From Candidatus Magasanikiibacteriota bacterium (GTDB lineage Bacteria; Patescibacteriota; Patescibacteriia; Magasanikbacterales; UBA922), in contig DOMK01000016.1 in the NCBI GenBank assembly GCA_003510435.1, positions 1-52,699 on the forward strand: 52,699 bases of DNA. The letters run 5' to 3'. Positions within the stretch are counted from its first letter, which is position 1. The number at the start of each line of letters is the position of its first letter. The notes under the pieces were generated by a model. That model did no database searches and had not been told where the DNA came from. It saw nothing but the letters and a program-made list of their open reading frames with translations. A program made the translations under genes and the position numbers. This document shows positions 1-9,372 of this stretch, piece by piece.

Positions 1-111
1 TCTCCGGATCAAAGGTTGCTTAGGACCTCCCCGAAGCTTATCGCACCTTGCAACGTCCTTCATCGTCTAAAAGTGTCTAGGCATTCACCGTACGCTCTTA
101 AAATGCGCACT
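1..111 (-). rRNA. rrl: 23S rRNA, 5' end only (continues beyond window start)
   Basis: Reverse complement reads TAAGAGCGTACGGTGAATGCCTAG...GATGAAGGACGT...GCGATAAGCTTCGGGGAG...TTTGATCCGGAGA, the conserved 23S 5' domain; exact 5' end approximate. Confidence 0.95.
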
Positions 112-335
112 ATAGAAACACAAAATCGTGCTTCTGTTATTATTGTTCCTACGCAATAATAATTTTGCTTATTTGCTTTTGCTTTAATTTAGTTTGCTTT
201 ATTGCTTTGAATTGTAAGGAACCACCAATCTTATCACTAATCTTCACTAATCATTTCTACCAAATACTTCACACGGCTATACACTATAATATTTTAGTGT
301 AGATTCGTGTAAAAAATTTGTAATCAGTTTTAATA

Positions 336-385
336 ATCTGTGAAATCCTTGCCGTCAGGCAAGTGTCTCAATCTGTGAAATCAGT
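336..385. repeat. Dispersed composite repeat (AATCTGTGA units with a CCTTGCCGTCAGGCAAG palindrome); second copy at ~39343-39388 inverted
   Basis: Near-identical CACAGATT..CACTTGCCTGACGGCAAGGATT.CACAGAT at both places. Confidence 0.75.
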
Positions 386-388
386 GTT

Positions 389-413
389 AAAAAAAGACTG
401 CCATCAAGCAGTC
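389..413 (-). terminator. Intrinsic terminator-like hairpin inside the 23S leader
   Basis: Minus strand GACTGC-TTGATG-GCAGTC followed by T7. Confidence 0.55.
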
Positions 414-563
414 AGTTAGACAATAAATTGTCTGCCCTATTTGCTTGGATTATTTGAGTATAATTTTTTAGAAGTAAACATGTTGAATTGTTTATCTATT
501 GTTATATACCCAGAGGTCCAAGACGCAGTCGGGACGTGGTGCACTCATTTCAAGCGCTCCGCC

Positions 564-592
564 ATTTTACATTATATGGAAATCTATGTCAA
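564..592 (-). promoter_or_regulatory. Sigma70 promoter pointing to the 23S gene
   Basis: TTGACA-17 bp-TAAAAT on minus strand followed by a GC-rich discriminator (GGCGG). Confidence 0.75.
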
Positions 593-652
593 GTGTGAGG
601 GTGTGAATAAGTTGGGTATAGATTTTGTTCAGTAAAAATATATGGATTTTGG

Positions 653-671
653 GTAGGGGCTATGCCCCTAC
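653..671. repeat. GTAG-type REP palindrome
   Basis: GTAGGGGC-TAT-GCCCCTAC. Confidence 0.6.
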
Positions 672-678
672 GACCCCC

Positions 679-707
679 TTGACAAAAGTGATATAATATG
701 ATATAAT
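679..707 (+). promoter_or_regulatory. Consensus sigma70 promoter
   Basis: TTGACA-17 bp-TATAAT; boxA-like TGTTCTTTAAAA at 715-726. Confidence 0.85.
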
Positions 708-734
708 TGTCCATTGTTCTTTAAAACTATTTAT

Positions 735-925
735 TCAACAGAACCACTTATTTTGTATGTAAAATATAAACTGAGTGGTTCTGTTGACGAACTGTCGAGC
801 GGGTTAGGATCTGCTAAAAAACCCACAAGGGGGGTTTAGGAGACTGGGAGTCTCCGTTGCAGAAGTCATCCTTTCGCTGCTGACAGTTCTACCATCCCGC
901 AGACTTGAGAAAAGTCTAGGCGGGA
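735..925 (+). ncRNA. Putative structured 5' leader RNA (long hairpin, three-way junction, hairpin before RBS)
   Basis: Nested complementary segments: TCAACAGAACCACT/AGTGGTTCTGTTGA; GAACTGTC/GACAGTTC; AGGAT/ATCCT; CTGC/GCAG; GGAGACT/AGTCTCC; TCCCGC/GCGGGA. Confidence 0.55.
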
Positions 926-936
926 AGGAGGTTCCC

Positions 937-1572
937 ATGTTCGAGTTCTCGTTCGAGACCTTGGCTCTGGTGCTGGCCTCCCTGGTGACCTTGTGGGTCG
1001 TCTACGCGTTCGTCGTGTCGCTCCTGAACGTGGAGTGGACATACGACTGGGGGTACACCAAAATTAAAGACTTTGTGACTGACAGGAAGGGTGTCAGTCA
1101 CAGGGAACGGGTCGGTACTCTCACGTGGCTCTTCGGCTACTGGAGTGCCGTTGCTATGGTGGTCACTTCCATCATGGCGTGGTTCTTCCCCGCGAACCAG
1201 GTATCTCACCCTCTCTTCTGGCTGGGGTTCATCATCCTGGCCACCGGGCTACTGGTGCTGTCCTCCTACGACCACTACCGTATCTACCGGATCCGTAAAA
1301 GCACCTTCCGTGCCCACGGCCCGGAGCAACGGTGCGAGGATGTGGTTCGTCTCCTTGCTGGCCTGGCCGAGGACATGTTCGGCACCAAAGACAAAGGCAA
1401 GGTGGACGGCAAGACCATCGGCGAGTGGCGCGGTCGTGTCAACAACATGACCATCCAGCTCATGCCGAACGAGGCCAGGCGTCGCCAGATCGTCGGAGCC
1501 GAGATCGTTCGGCTTCGCGAGTGGGACGCTTCCCAGCCCACGCCTCCAGTCGTCACCGACGAGGAAGCTTAG
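937..1572 (+). CDS. GC-rich hypothetical membrane protein (about 3 TM helices)
   Basis: 211 aa ORF, AGGAGG RBS at 926-931, three hydrophobic segments, C/G-ending codons unlike the rest of the window. Confidence 0.85.
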   Translation: MFEFSFETLALVLASLVTLWVVYAFVVSLLNVEWTYDWGYTKIKDFVTDRKGVSHRERVGTLTWLFGYWSAVAMVVTSIMAWFFPANQVSHPLFWLGFIILATGLLVLSSYDHYRIYRIRKSTFRAHGPEQRCEDVVRLLAGLAEDMFGTKDKGKVDGKTIGEWRGRVNNMTIQLMPNEARRRQIVGAEIVRLREWDASQPTPPVVTDEEA

Positions 1573-1722
1573 ACCAGCTTAAAAGGTCACAAGTAGGCTG
1601 GCAAAAGCCGATTATCTTTCGACTTAGCCGCCTCTGCCCTGTATATCAACTTGATATCTAGGGAGTACCCAACTGGCAACGGTTGGGTGAACTCCAATAT
1701 TCATAAATATTTTGTGAATAGT
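1573..1722 (+). other. Structured 3' trailer (series of hairpins)
   Basis: GGAGT-ACCCAACTG-GCAA-CGGTTGGGT-GA-ACTCC (1662-1695), CCCT..TATC-AACTT-GATA..AGGG, TATTCATAAA/TTTGTGAATA. Confidence 0.5.
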
Positions 1723-1735
1723 GAAGTTCTAAAAT

Positions 1736-1765
1736 AAAACAGCTCCAATTTGGAACTGTTTTTTT
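1736..1765. terminator. Bidirectional terminator between convergent genes
   Basis: AAAACAGCTCCAA-TTGGAACTGTTTTTT. Confidence 0.7.
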
Positions 1766-1789
1766 GTTATTGATTTTAAAATTAATTTA

Positions 1790-2197
1790 CTACACTGCAA
1801 TCTCACTTGGCTTTAACCATGCCTTTGCACCATTATCTTTACGTTGGACATCAATAATATCACTTGAAGCTTGATCTTGGTGTGGTTCACGAAATCCTAA
1901 AATAATAAACTCACCAGGAACATCATTTCCCTTATCATCAGACACTTCAAAACGTTCTGGCACAAAAGCATATTTGTCCCCTTTTTTAAAATTAACTGTT
2001 TGTCCAATTCTAATATCTGGCTTGTTTTCTCCCTTTAGACCAACTATTTTATCACCTTCCAAAACAACCCTATTATAACCATTGATTTCTCCCCCTTTTA
2101 AAAAACCTCTTTGTTCTTGAGCTGCACCAGTATCTCTTGCTGAAGCCTCACCTGGGGCAACGACGTCTTCTGGCACAAATGTTTTTACATCTGACAT
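1790..2197 (-). CDS. Hypothetical protein
   Basis: 135 aa ORF with own promoter TTGACA-17-TATAAT (extended -10) at 2233-2261. Confidence 0.8.
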   Translation of the reverse strand: MSDVKTFVPEDVVAPGEASARDTGAAQEQRGFLKGGEINGYNRVVLEGDKIVGLKGENKPDIRIGQTVNFKKGDKYAFVPERFEVSDDKGNDVPGEFIILGFREPHQDQASSDIIDVQRKDNGAKAWLKPSEIAV

Positions 2198-2317
2198 ATT
2201 TTTATAGTTAAAAATAAATAAATTATAAAAACATTATAGCATATTTTAGACCTTTTGTCAACCAAATTTTTTAAAAAAACAATCCCGACTTTTCGAGATT
2301 GTTTTTGTTTTTTGATA

Positions 2318-2364
2318 TATGTTACATGTCTCGTGTTAAATGTTATATGTTACATGTTATATGA
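2318..2364. repeat. Heptamer tandem array (TATGTTA/CATGTTA)
   Basis: TATGTTA CATGTCT CGTGTTA AATGTTA TATGTTA CATGTTA TATGATT abutting a stop codon. Confidence 0.8.
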
Positions 2365-5300
2365 TTAATAAGACGGCACTGCTTCATTCCCTGGCGACCC
2401 AATAATTTCATTACTATCAGCATCATGTTTTGTCACAAAAGCAAATTGATTTACTAGAGAAAAATTTCCCCAGTTATTAGCATCATTACCTACACCAGTG
2501 GGACCAATTCTTTGCATACTATCTTTGGTTTCATTGTCCCCCGCAAACCAACCAACTGAGGCATCTACTTCGTCCATTATATTTCCCAAACCACTAAGCA
2601 AAACTAAATGTTCACCATCATTACCAAGTGCACCAGTATAAATCTGCGAATAATTATAATCACTCACTGTAGTCTGATCAGTTCTTTCTAACAGAGTACA
2701 CTCCCAAGATGGCAATAAAGTTGGTTCTAGATTAATAACAGTATCATATTGTTCTGTATCAATATTATAATCCCAAACCAATTGCCAATTTTCCAAAGAA
2801 ATATCAAATTCATCTACATTACAAATTTCTATCCATTCATCATTAGCCGAAGCGAGCGTCCCCATCCAGGCAATTTCATTTATAATTACCCTACCCTCTG
2901 TCGCGGTTTCCATAATAAACTCTTGCAACTCAGAATATTGCCATTCACTATAATTTCCCAAACTATCAAAACTTCTGATTCTAAAAAATATCCAATATTC
3001 ATTTAGCGGTGGAACAAACTCAAAGGTTATATTGGTTTGATCAGTCGTAGTAGTAAACCAAGTACAGGCATTTTGTTCTAGCTGAGCATTCAATTGGTCT
3101 GTGTCCAATAACATTGGGTCGTCACTAGGCAAAATTGTTTCTTCACAATCTGCTCCGGGATCAAAGCTGGGATCTGGAGGAAATAAAAATTGTACATCAT
3201 AGCCAGACACACCTACACCAGTGTCATTGGCTAGATAATTTAACGAGGCCGTACTCGTACCCATTTCAACTTCTAATAAAGAAACTACTGGCGCGACCGA
3301 ATCAGACATAACTAAAATTGAACTAGTTGGTGATAAATTATTTTGATTATCTGTCCCATAAAAAATCAAGTCATTTTCTCCCTCAACCAAATTCAAATTA
3401 ATTTCCCAAGTAGTGGTGGTCAAAATTGTGGTAGTGATAATTTCTCCGTCTTTATCCAAAAATACACTTTGTATATCAGACGTTTTCTCACCGCTGATAG
3501 TGATAGCAGAAGAAGTGGTATAAAATACTGAACTAGTGGTAGGATTCAAAATAATTGGCGCCAGTAAATTTATTTCTTCAATAATTTCTTCTTCGCGAAT
3601 AATCTCTACTAACAACTCGGCACTACTAGTAGAAAAATCTTCATTCCAACCCACAACATGCAAAGTGTTTGTACCCATGTCTAAATTGACATTATAATTC
3701 CAAACACCACTATTCATAAATAAATCTTCTGTAGTCGTACTATTTACTAAAATATAATAAGTAGAAGTATTATAACGGCCATTCAAATTGTATGAAGTTG
3801 AGGTAGTATAAATAGTTGCTGAATCTGAACTGTCTAAAGTGATTTCTGGTAAAAAAACTTCTTCAACAATTTCTTCCTCGCGAATAATATCTACTAACAA
3901 TTCTGTACTGCTCACAGACAAGTCTTCATTCCAACCTACAAAATATAAGGTATTTGTACCGACTTCCAAATTAATATTGTAAGTCCAAGTACCACTAATC
4001 ATAAATATATTATTATCAGTCAGATCATTGACCAAAATATTATAAGTAGAAGTATTATAATTACCACTTAGATTGTACGAGGTGGAAGTGGTATATAGAA
4101 TGGTAGTATTGGGAACTAACAAACTAATTTCTGGCACACTGGTTTCTTCTTCATTATTATCTTCTTCGGGCGGAGTTCTTTTCCCTCCATAATAAAAAAT
4201 CTTTTCCACTATTTTTTGAATTTCTTCAATTGCTTCACCTACTTCTTCACCAATTCTTTCTGACAAATCTTGAATTTTTTCTTGGATACGCGATTCCTGT
4301 TCTTCTGTGGCTACTATTGTTGGCGACTTAACAATAATTTTTACTTTCCAAAAGCCAGTCGGAATATTAGAAAAATTATTATCCACCCGAACAGCCTGAA
4401 TTTGAAAAATATATTCACCCGGATTTTCTGGCGCGTTTATTTTGAAAGAAAAACTGCCACTACTACCAGCTGGCAAATCTTTATCCAATAAAGTCGGACG
4501 CAAGGCTGTGAGCCAAGAATTATGATGATACACGGCGTTTGGTACAAGCCCACCAACCACATTGGCCGAGATATTTTTTCTTTGCCAATCGGCTGTGCCA
4601 GTATTTTTTACTTGGGCTTGCAAATTTATTACTTCACCAGGCGCGACTTCCATCACTTTGCCTGAATTTATAAAAGATAAAGAATAACTAGCTGACACGG
4701 TTGGTTGTTCAGGTTTGTTTTCTTCTTCACTCTGAGCGTTAGCCGAAGAATTTTCCTCATTTTCATTGCCAACTTCTGATGTACCAACTGTACTGGCATC
4801 TTCATTATCATCACCAGTAAAAAAATCTATTATCCTTTGCCAGAATGATCTCTCAGGGGTAGTGGGGGTGTTTTCGGGTTCGGGGTCTGTTTCTATTTGT
4901 TCCAAATATTTTGGTGGATCAAATTCCCATAAACTACTAGTACCCATTTTTTCAGCAGACTCATTATACGGATAAAATTTACCAACTTTATACAAATCAT
5001 AAGAATCAATTTTATCCATACCATATAAACCCTTGGTAGCTTCAAAATGTAAATGTTGTACAATAGTTCCTGTATTTCCACAATCTCCTATATAGTCACC
5101 CCTCTTAATTCTAGTCCATTCGGCATATTCTGTATTGCCTCTTTGTTTTTCAGGGTAAATTTTAATGGCATCATTTACCTTACTTAGGTGGGCATACAAA
5201 GTGGCAAAACCGTTTTCATGATTAATAAAAACAAAATTTCCATAAGCATAAGTTGAATCTAATTTTTGTGTAGAATGCATTGCCAAGCCATCAGCGGCAG

Positions 5301-5493
5301 CATACAAAGGATCACCTATAGTACATCTATAATCTATACCCTTATGAATCGAGCCATCATTATAAAACCACCCCTGCAAAAGGGTGGTCTGGTTATAAAA
5401 AGGCAAAGTTAAAAAATTTTCAGCTGATACTAAATTGAAAATAAACAAGGAAATAATAATTGATATTCCCATTATTTTAAATTTTCCCTCCAT
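2365..5493 (-). CDS. Secreted M23 metallopeptidase with Ig-like repeats and C-terminal lamin-tail domain
   Basis: Signal peptide; HKGIDY, YAHL and HLHFE M23 motifs; VKNTGTADW (NBR1-like Ig); duplicated Ig-like unit; VIINEIAWMG..DEWIEI LTD motif. Confidence 0.85.
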   Translation of the reverse strand: MEGKFKIMGISIIISLFIFNLVSAENFLTLPFYNQTTLLQGWFYNDGSIHKGIDYRCTIGDPLYAAADGLAMHSTQKLDSTYAYGNFVFINHENGFATLYAHLSKVNDAIKIYPEKQRGNTEYAEWTRIKRGDYIGDCGNTGTIVQHLHFEATKGLYGMDKIDSYDLYKVGKFYPYNESAEKMGTSSLWEFDPPKYLEQIETDPEPENTPTTPERSFWQRIIDFFTGDDNEDASTVGTSEVGNENEENSSANAQSEEENKPEQPTVSASYSLSFINSGKVMEVAPGEVINLQAQVKNTGTADWQRKNISANVVGGLVPNAVYHHNSWLTALRPTLLDKDLPAGSSGSFSFKINAPENPGEYIFQIQAVRVDNNFSNIPTGFWKVKIIVKSPTIVATEEQESRIQEKIQDLSERIGEEVGEAIEEIQKIVEKIFYYGGKRTPPEEDNNEEETSVPEISLLVPNTTILYTTSTSYNLSGNYNTSTYNILVNDLTDNNIFMISGTWTYNINLEVGTNTLYFVGWNEDLSVSSTELLVDIIREEEIVEEVFLPEITLDSSDSATIYTTSTSYNLNGRYNTSTYYILVNSTTTEDLFMNSGVWNYNVNLDMGTNTLHVVGWNEDFSTSSAELLVEIIREEEIIEEINLLAPIILNPTTSSVFYTTSSAITISGEKTSDIQSVFLDKDGEIITTTILTTTTWEINLNLVEGENDLIFYGTDNQNNLSPTSSILVMSDSVAPVVSLLEVEMGTSTASLNYLANDTGVGVSGYDVQFLFPPDPSFDPGADCEETILPSDDPMLLDTDQLNAQLEQNACTWFTTTTDQTNITFEFVPPLNEYWIFFRIRSFDSLGNYSEWQYSELQEFIMETATEGRVIINEIAWMGTLASANDEWIEICNVDEFDISLENWQLVWDYNIDTEQYDTVINLEPTLLPSWECTLLERTDQTTVSDYNYSQIYTGALGNDGEHLVLLSGLGNIMDEVDASVGWFAGDNETKDSMQRIGPTGVGNDANNWGNFSLVNQFAFVTKHDADSNEIIGSPGNEAVPSY

Positions 5494-5499
5494 ATTATT

Positions 5500-6102
5500 T
5501 TATTTTAAAAATGAAAAAGCATTTAAAACTTTTTTATAATCTTTATCTTCCGGGGTGGTTATAACATAAATTTTTTCTCCGTTAGCAAAATAATATGAAT
5601 ATACCACAGGGTCACCCTCCTCTTTTATTTTAGAAAAAATAATATTATTAACAACTAATTTTTCTTTACTATCAAAATACATTAACCAATTATCTTCATT
5701 ATATTTATTTAACCATTCATCTAAACTAGCCCGATTTGCATTGTCTAATATTTGTAATGAGTAACTAGGTAAAAATTGTTCTGCTGAATCAAAAACTAAA
5801 ACTGAATCATTTTTTGTTTCTGCTTTCTCACCACTATTTAAAATCAAACTATATCCACCCTCCGTATTCTTTAAAGTCTTAGTCCCATCCTGATTTTCAG
5901 TTATTTCAATATTCGGATTATTTTCAACACCATTATCCAAATTTACATCACATAAAGTCGGATCAGCACACGGCACAAAAGTATATTTATAATAAAAAAA
6001 TCCTCCAATACCGAGGACAATAACAACAATCAAAATTACCAATAACCAAATTTTGCAATGGCAATTCATTTTACCACATTTGCACGTTTTTTCTTGTTCC
6101 AT
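5500..6102 (-). CDS. Single-TM exported protein, possibly PsbP-like fold
   Basis: N-terminal CKC..CHC cluster, one TM helix, GGYSL.. and C-terminal VLNAFSF pattern. Confidence 0.7.
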   Translation of the reverse strand: MEQEKTCKCGKMNCHCKIWLLVILIVVIVLGIGGFFYYKYTFVPCADPTLCDVNLDNGVENNPNIEITENQDGTKTLKNTEGGYSLILNSGEKAETKNDSVLVFDSAEQFLPSYSLQILDNANRASLDEWLNKYNEDNWLMYFDSKEKLVVNNIIFSKIKEEGDPVVYSYYFANGEKIYVITTPEDKDYKKVLNAFSFLK

Positions 6103-6189
6103 ATTTTTTAAATTTTAAATAAATAATCTGCCTCCTGCATGCGTAGGCATGGCGCAGACAGGTCATAAATATTATATCACAAAATATAA

Positions 6190-6873
6190 TTACATTAAAA
6201 TACCTGTTTGATTGTTTCGATCACGCCACCATTTGGTTGGATTATTCCGAATGTATTTGCGGATGTTATACAATGCCCTTTCGTTTCGAATCACATGGTC
6301 ATAAAATCGTGGTTGCCACATAAATTGTTGTTTTATATGATGTTTGACAAATAATTGGTGAATTGTTTTGGTGACGACGGATTTGTATGAACCAACAATT
6401 GCCGAAATTGAACCACGTTGTGGTGGTATAATGGACGACCGTCGCGTTGGTGTAGAGACAGGGCATTGCCCTGTCTCTACTGATATGTTTTCAACATCCA
6501 CATCGGCATTACCACGCGCATTGTTTTCAAATTGTTCCCGTCGTTTTTCGTCCCATTGTCGACATCCATCGCATTCGCCAAACCGCGATGCCAAACCATG
6601 ATTAATATGGATTATCCCATGTACATGATTGGTCATAACGACAAATTCATCCAAATACACGTGATGAAAATGTTGGGAAATTTCCAACCAACATTGCCAG
6701 GCGATTGACCCAGTATAATACAAACACATTTTGTTATTTTGAATTTTTCCAAAAGGATGTTTGTCATTTTTTGTACAAATCGTAATAAAATAATATCCAT
6801 TTTGTGAATAATCAAATCCCTCTAATCTGGCCGATGGTATGCGAAATCTATTTTTAAAAAATAATTCCCCCAT
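6190..6873 (-). mobile_element. REP-associated tyrosine (Y1/HUH) transposase, RAYT-like
   Basis: SARL..FDYSQNGYYFITICT, HUH motif NHVHGII, WQPRFYDHVIR, catalytic YIRNNP. Confidence 0.9.
6452..6480. repeat. Perfect GTAG-type REP palindrome inside the transposase gene
   Basis: GTAGAGACAGGGCA-T-TGCCCTGTCTCTAC, translated as VETGQCPVST. Confidence 0.85.
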
Positions 6874-6937
6874 AATTATTTTAAAATATTTAATCTAAAT
6901 TTTTCAATCTTACATCTTATGTCTTACACCTTGTACC

Positions 6938-8545
6938 TTACACCACCCTACCCAAACCACCCACCACCAATCTAATTTTTTCATAGCCAATACTCTCGGG
7001 TAAAATTTCTTTAATTGGTTTTAGATATTCCACATTACCAATTTCTTTAATCGCTGATAAAATTTGTTTTTCCTCGGCCGTGCTAACAAAATCACGAATA
7101 TTCAAATCTCCACCACTAACATACCAATCAGCCAAATGGGTTATGACTGTTTGTATACTAATAGACCTGGCTTTAGCAATCTGCTCTGGACTATATTTTT
7201 GTTGATACAACTTGGCAGTTTCCAAAACAGTATTGGAACGAGCCTTTACCACTGTCCGCTCAGCTCTGGTCCGATGACGAAGTGGAGTGGCATTGGTCCA
7301 TTTGAAATTAAGACAAATATCACAACCTTCACAATTTGATTTTAAAAGGGACAAATCTGGATCAGCAAAATACTGCAAAATATTTTTCCGCCGACAAACA
7401 GTGGAATAAACATAATTATTCATTTTTTCCAAACGGTCATACTTTATATTACAAACCCGATCAATTTCATTTTTATTTTTACCTTGAGACATCATTTCAT
7501 CTCGACTTTTCAAAATAAAATAATTGTGTAAACCATAATCACGCTTGGCCTGAAGTAAAATACAATAGGCCGGTTCACCATCTCGTCCTGCCCTACCGGC
7601 TTCTTGATAATAACCCTCTAGAGTGGCCGGCATGCCAGCATGAATAACAAACCGAATGTCGGCCTTATCCACGCCCATACCAAAAGCAATGGTCGCACAA
7701 ATTACTTTAAAATTATCTTCCATAAAATCATTTTGAATCTGGGTCCGACGGTTTGATGCCAAGCCCGCATGATAAGCAACTGCCTTAATGCCATTGTCTG
7801 ATAAAAAATTTGCCATGTCTTCGGTTTCTTGACGAGAGATGCTATAGACAATTCCTGAACCAGGCAAAGTCTGAATAATTCGCAAAACTTCTGTTTGCCG
7901 TTGTGACTTTTTTAAATCTGTTTGCGCAAAAAACTTTAGATTGGGACGATCAAATCCACGAACAAAAACTTGTGGATTTTTTAGATTCAAATTTTTGATA
8001 ATGTCATCTTTTACTTCGGGTGTAGCTGTCGCTGTAAATGCACCCACTGCCGGCCGAATTTTTAATTTGGTAATAAAATTTTTTATTTGCAAATAATCTG
8101 GCCGAAAATCATGCCCCCATTGCGATACACAATGAGCTTCATCCACAGCCAAAAAACTAATTTCTACATCACTAAACAAATTAATAAACTGCTGATTCAT
8201 CAATCTCTCAGGCGCAACATAGAGCAATTTAATTTTCCCATTTTTTACTTTTTCTATCACCAATTGCATTTCACCCATATTAAGTGAACTATTAATAAAA
8301 CCTGCCTCAATCCCACGCGCTTGCAAACTATCTACTTGATCTTTCATGAGGGCAATAAGCGGAGATATAACAACCGTCAGACTATTTTTAATCAAAGCTG
8401 GTAATTGAAAACAAATTGACTTACCGCCACCAGTCGGCATTAGAGCCACCACATCTTGGCCAGCCAAAATCGCCTGAATAATTTCTTCTTGCCCAGGACG
8501 AAAGGTGGAAAAATTAAAATGTTTTTCAAGATGTCGGTGAAGCAT
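6938..8545 (-). CDS. recQ: RecQ-family DNA helicase with C-terminal HTH
   Basis: MPTGGGKS, DEAHCVSQWGHDFRP, QEAGRAGRDG, Zn-binding CRR..CEGCDIC. Confidence 0.95.
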   Translation of the reverse strand: MLHRHLEKHFNFSTFRPGQEEIIQAILAGQDVVALMPTGGGKSICFQLPALIKNSLTVVISPLIALMKDQVDSLQARGIEAGFINSSLNMGEMQLVIEKVKNGKIKLLYVAPERLMNQQFINLFSDVEISFLAVDEAHCVSQWGHDFRPDYLQIKNFITKLKIRPAVGAFTATATPEVKDDIIKNLNLKNPQVFVRGFDRPNLKFFAQTDLKKSQRQTEVLRIIQTLPGSGIVYSISRQETEDMANFLSDNGIKAVAYHAGLASNRRTQIQNDFMEDNFKVICATIAFGMGVDKADIRFVIHAGMPATLEGYYQEAGRAGRDGEPAYCILLQAKRDYGLHNYFILKSRDEMMSQGKNKNEIDRVCNIKYDRLEKMNNYVYSTVCRRKNILQYFADPDLSLLKSNCEGCDICLNFKWTNATPLRHRTRAERTVVKARSNTVLETAKLYQQKYSPEQIAKARSISIQTVITHLADWYVSGGDLNIRDFVSTAEEKQILSAIKEIGNVEYLKPIKEILPESIGYEKIRLVVGGLGRVV

Positions 8546-8594
8546 AAAATATATTGTTCAAATAATTGCAAATAATAAAACTGTTCAAACCAAA

Positions 8595-9206
8595 TTACCA
8601 ACCAATCCGTTTGTGCAGTTTGTATTCCAAAGTAGATAGCCAGGTGCGCAAATGTCGGCGTAATGGATCATCGGCATTGGACTTGGCCTGGCCCCGAGTA
8701 ATATGAAGCAATGCACCCACAGTCAATGTCTCAAGCCTTACAGCCATTTCATTCAAGACATCCTTGTCTGGGTGTTCAGCAAATTCCTTGGCCCAAGCAG
8801 AACGAGTCTCATTTTGACCATCACTATATTCATCCCAGCGCAATTTGATTAATTTTTTCCAAACATCCAAATGTTGACCCGCAATGCCAAGACTTTTAAG
8901 ATAATCAACATATACATTTGGGATCATATCCCGCAAATCCATCCAAAAATGAATACGCTCTGCCTTGACTCTATTTTCACTTAATCGACCATCTATCATA
9001 ATCATAACATACACAATCGCCGTCACCACCAATTCATTAAAAATTCTGTCTTGTTCTACCTGAGTTTGGCTTTCAAAACCAACTAATTTACGAAAATCGG
9101 GATTAATAAAAACTTGATAAGCCGAGGCATTGGCACGTTTTAATAAATAATCCGCTTCCTTGGCAGGAGGAATACCTTTGAACAACTTGCGAAAAATAAT
9201 ATTCAT
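8595..9206 (-). CDS. Hypothetical protein
   Basis: 203 aa ORF, co-oriented with recQ. Confidence 0.8.
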   Translation of the reverse strand: MNIIFRKLFKGIPPAKEADYLLKRANASAYQVFINPDFRKLVGFESQTQVEQDRIFNELVVTAIVYVMIMIDGRLSENRVKAERIHFWMDLRDMIPNVYVDYLKSLGIAGQHLDVWKKLIKLRWDEYSDGQNETRSAWAKEFAEHPDKDVLNEMAVRLETLTVGALLHITRGQAKSNADDPLRRHLRTWLSTLEYKLHKRIGW

Positions 9207-9372
9207 ACAAATTAAATTAAAAATATAAAAATATTATAACACAAAAATCAAAAAACCACCTATTTCTAGATGATCTTTCGACTGTTCCCGACTGCTCCTC
9301 CGGTTGTGTACAGTCGGGGGTTTCCCCCTTGGTTGAATGAACGGTGGCGAACGTGCCATGATGATCTCCTTC

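Noticed and set aside
789-889. Known riboswitch, tRNA or hammerhead ribozyme
   Set aside because: I could not find the conserved cores (T-loop, CUGAUGA/GAAA, common aptamer motifs) by eye; kept as unknown structure pending an Rfam scan
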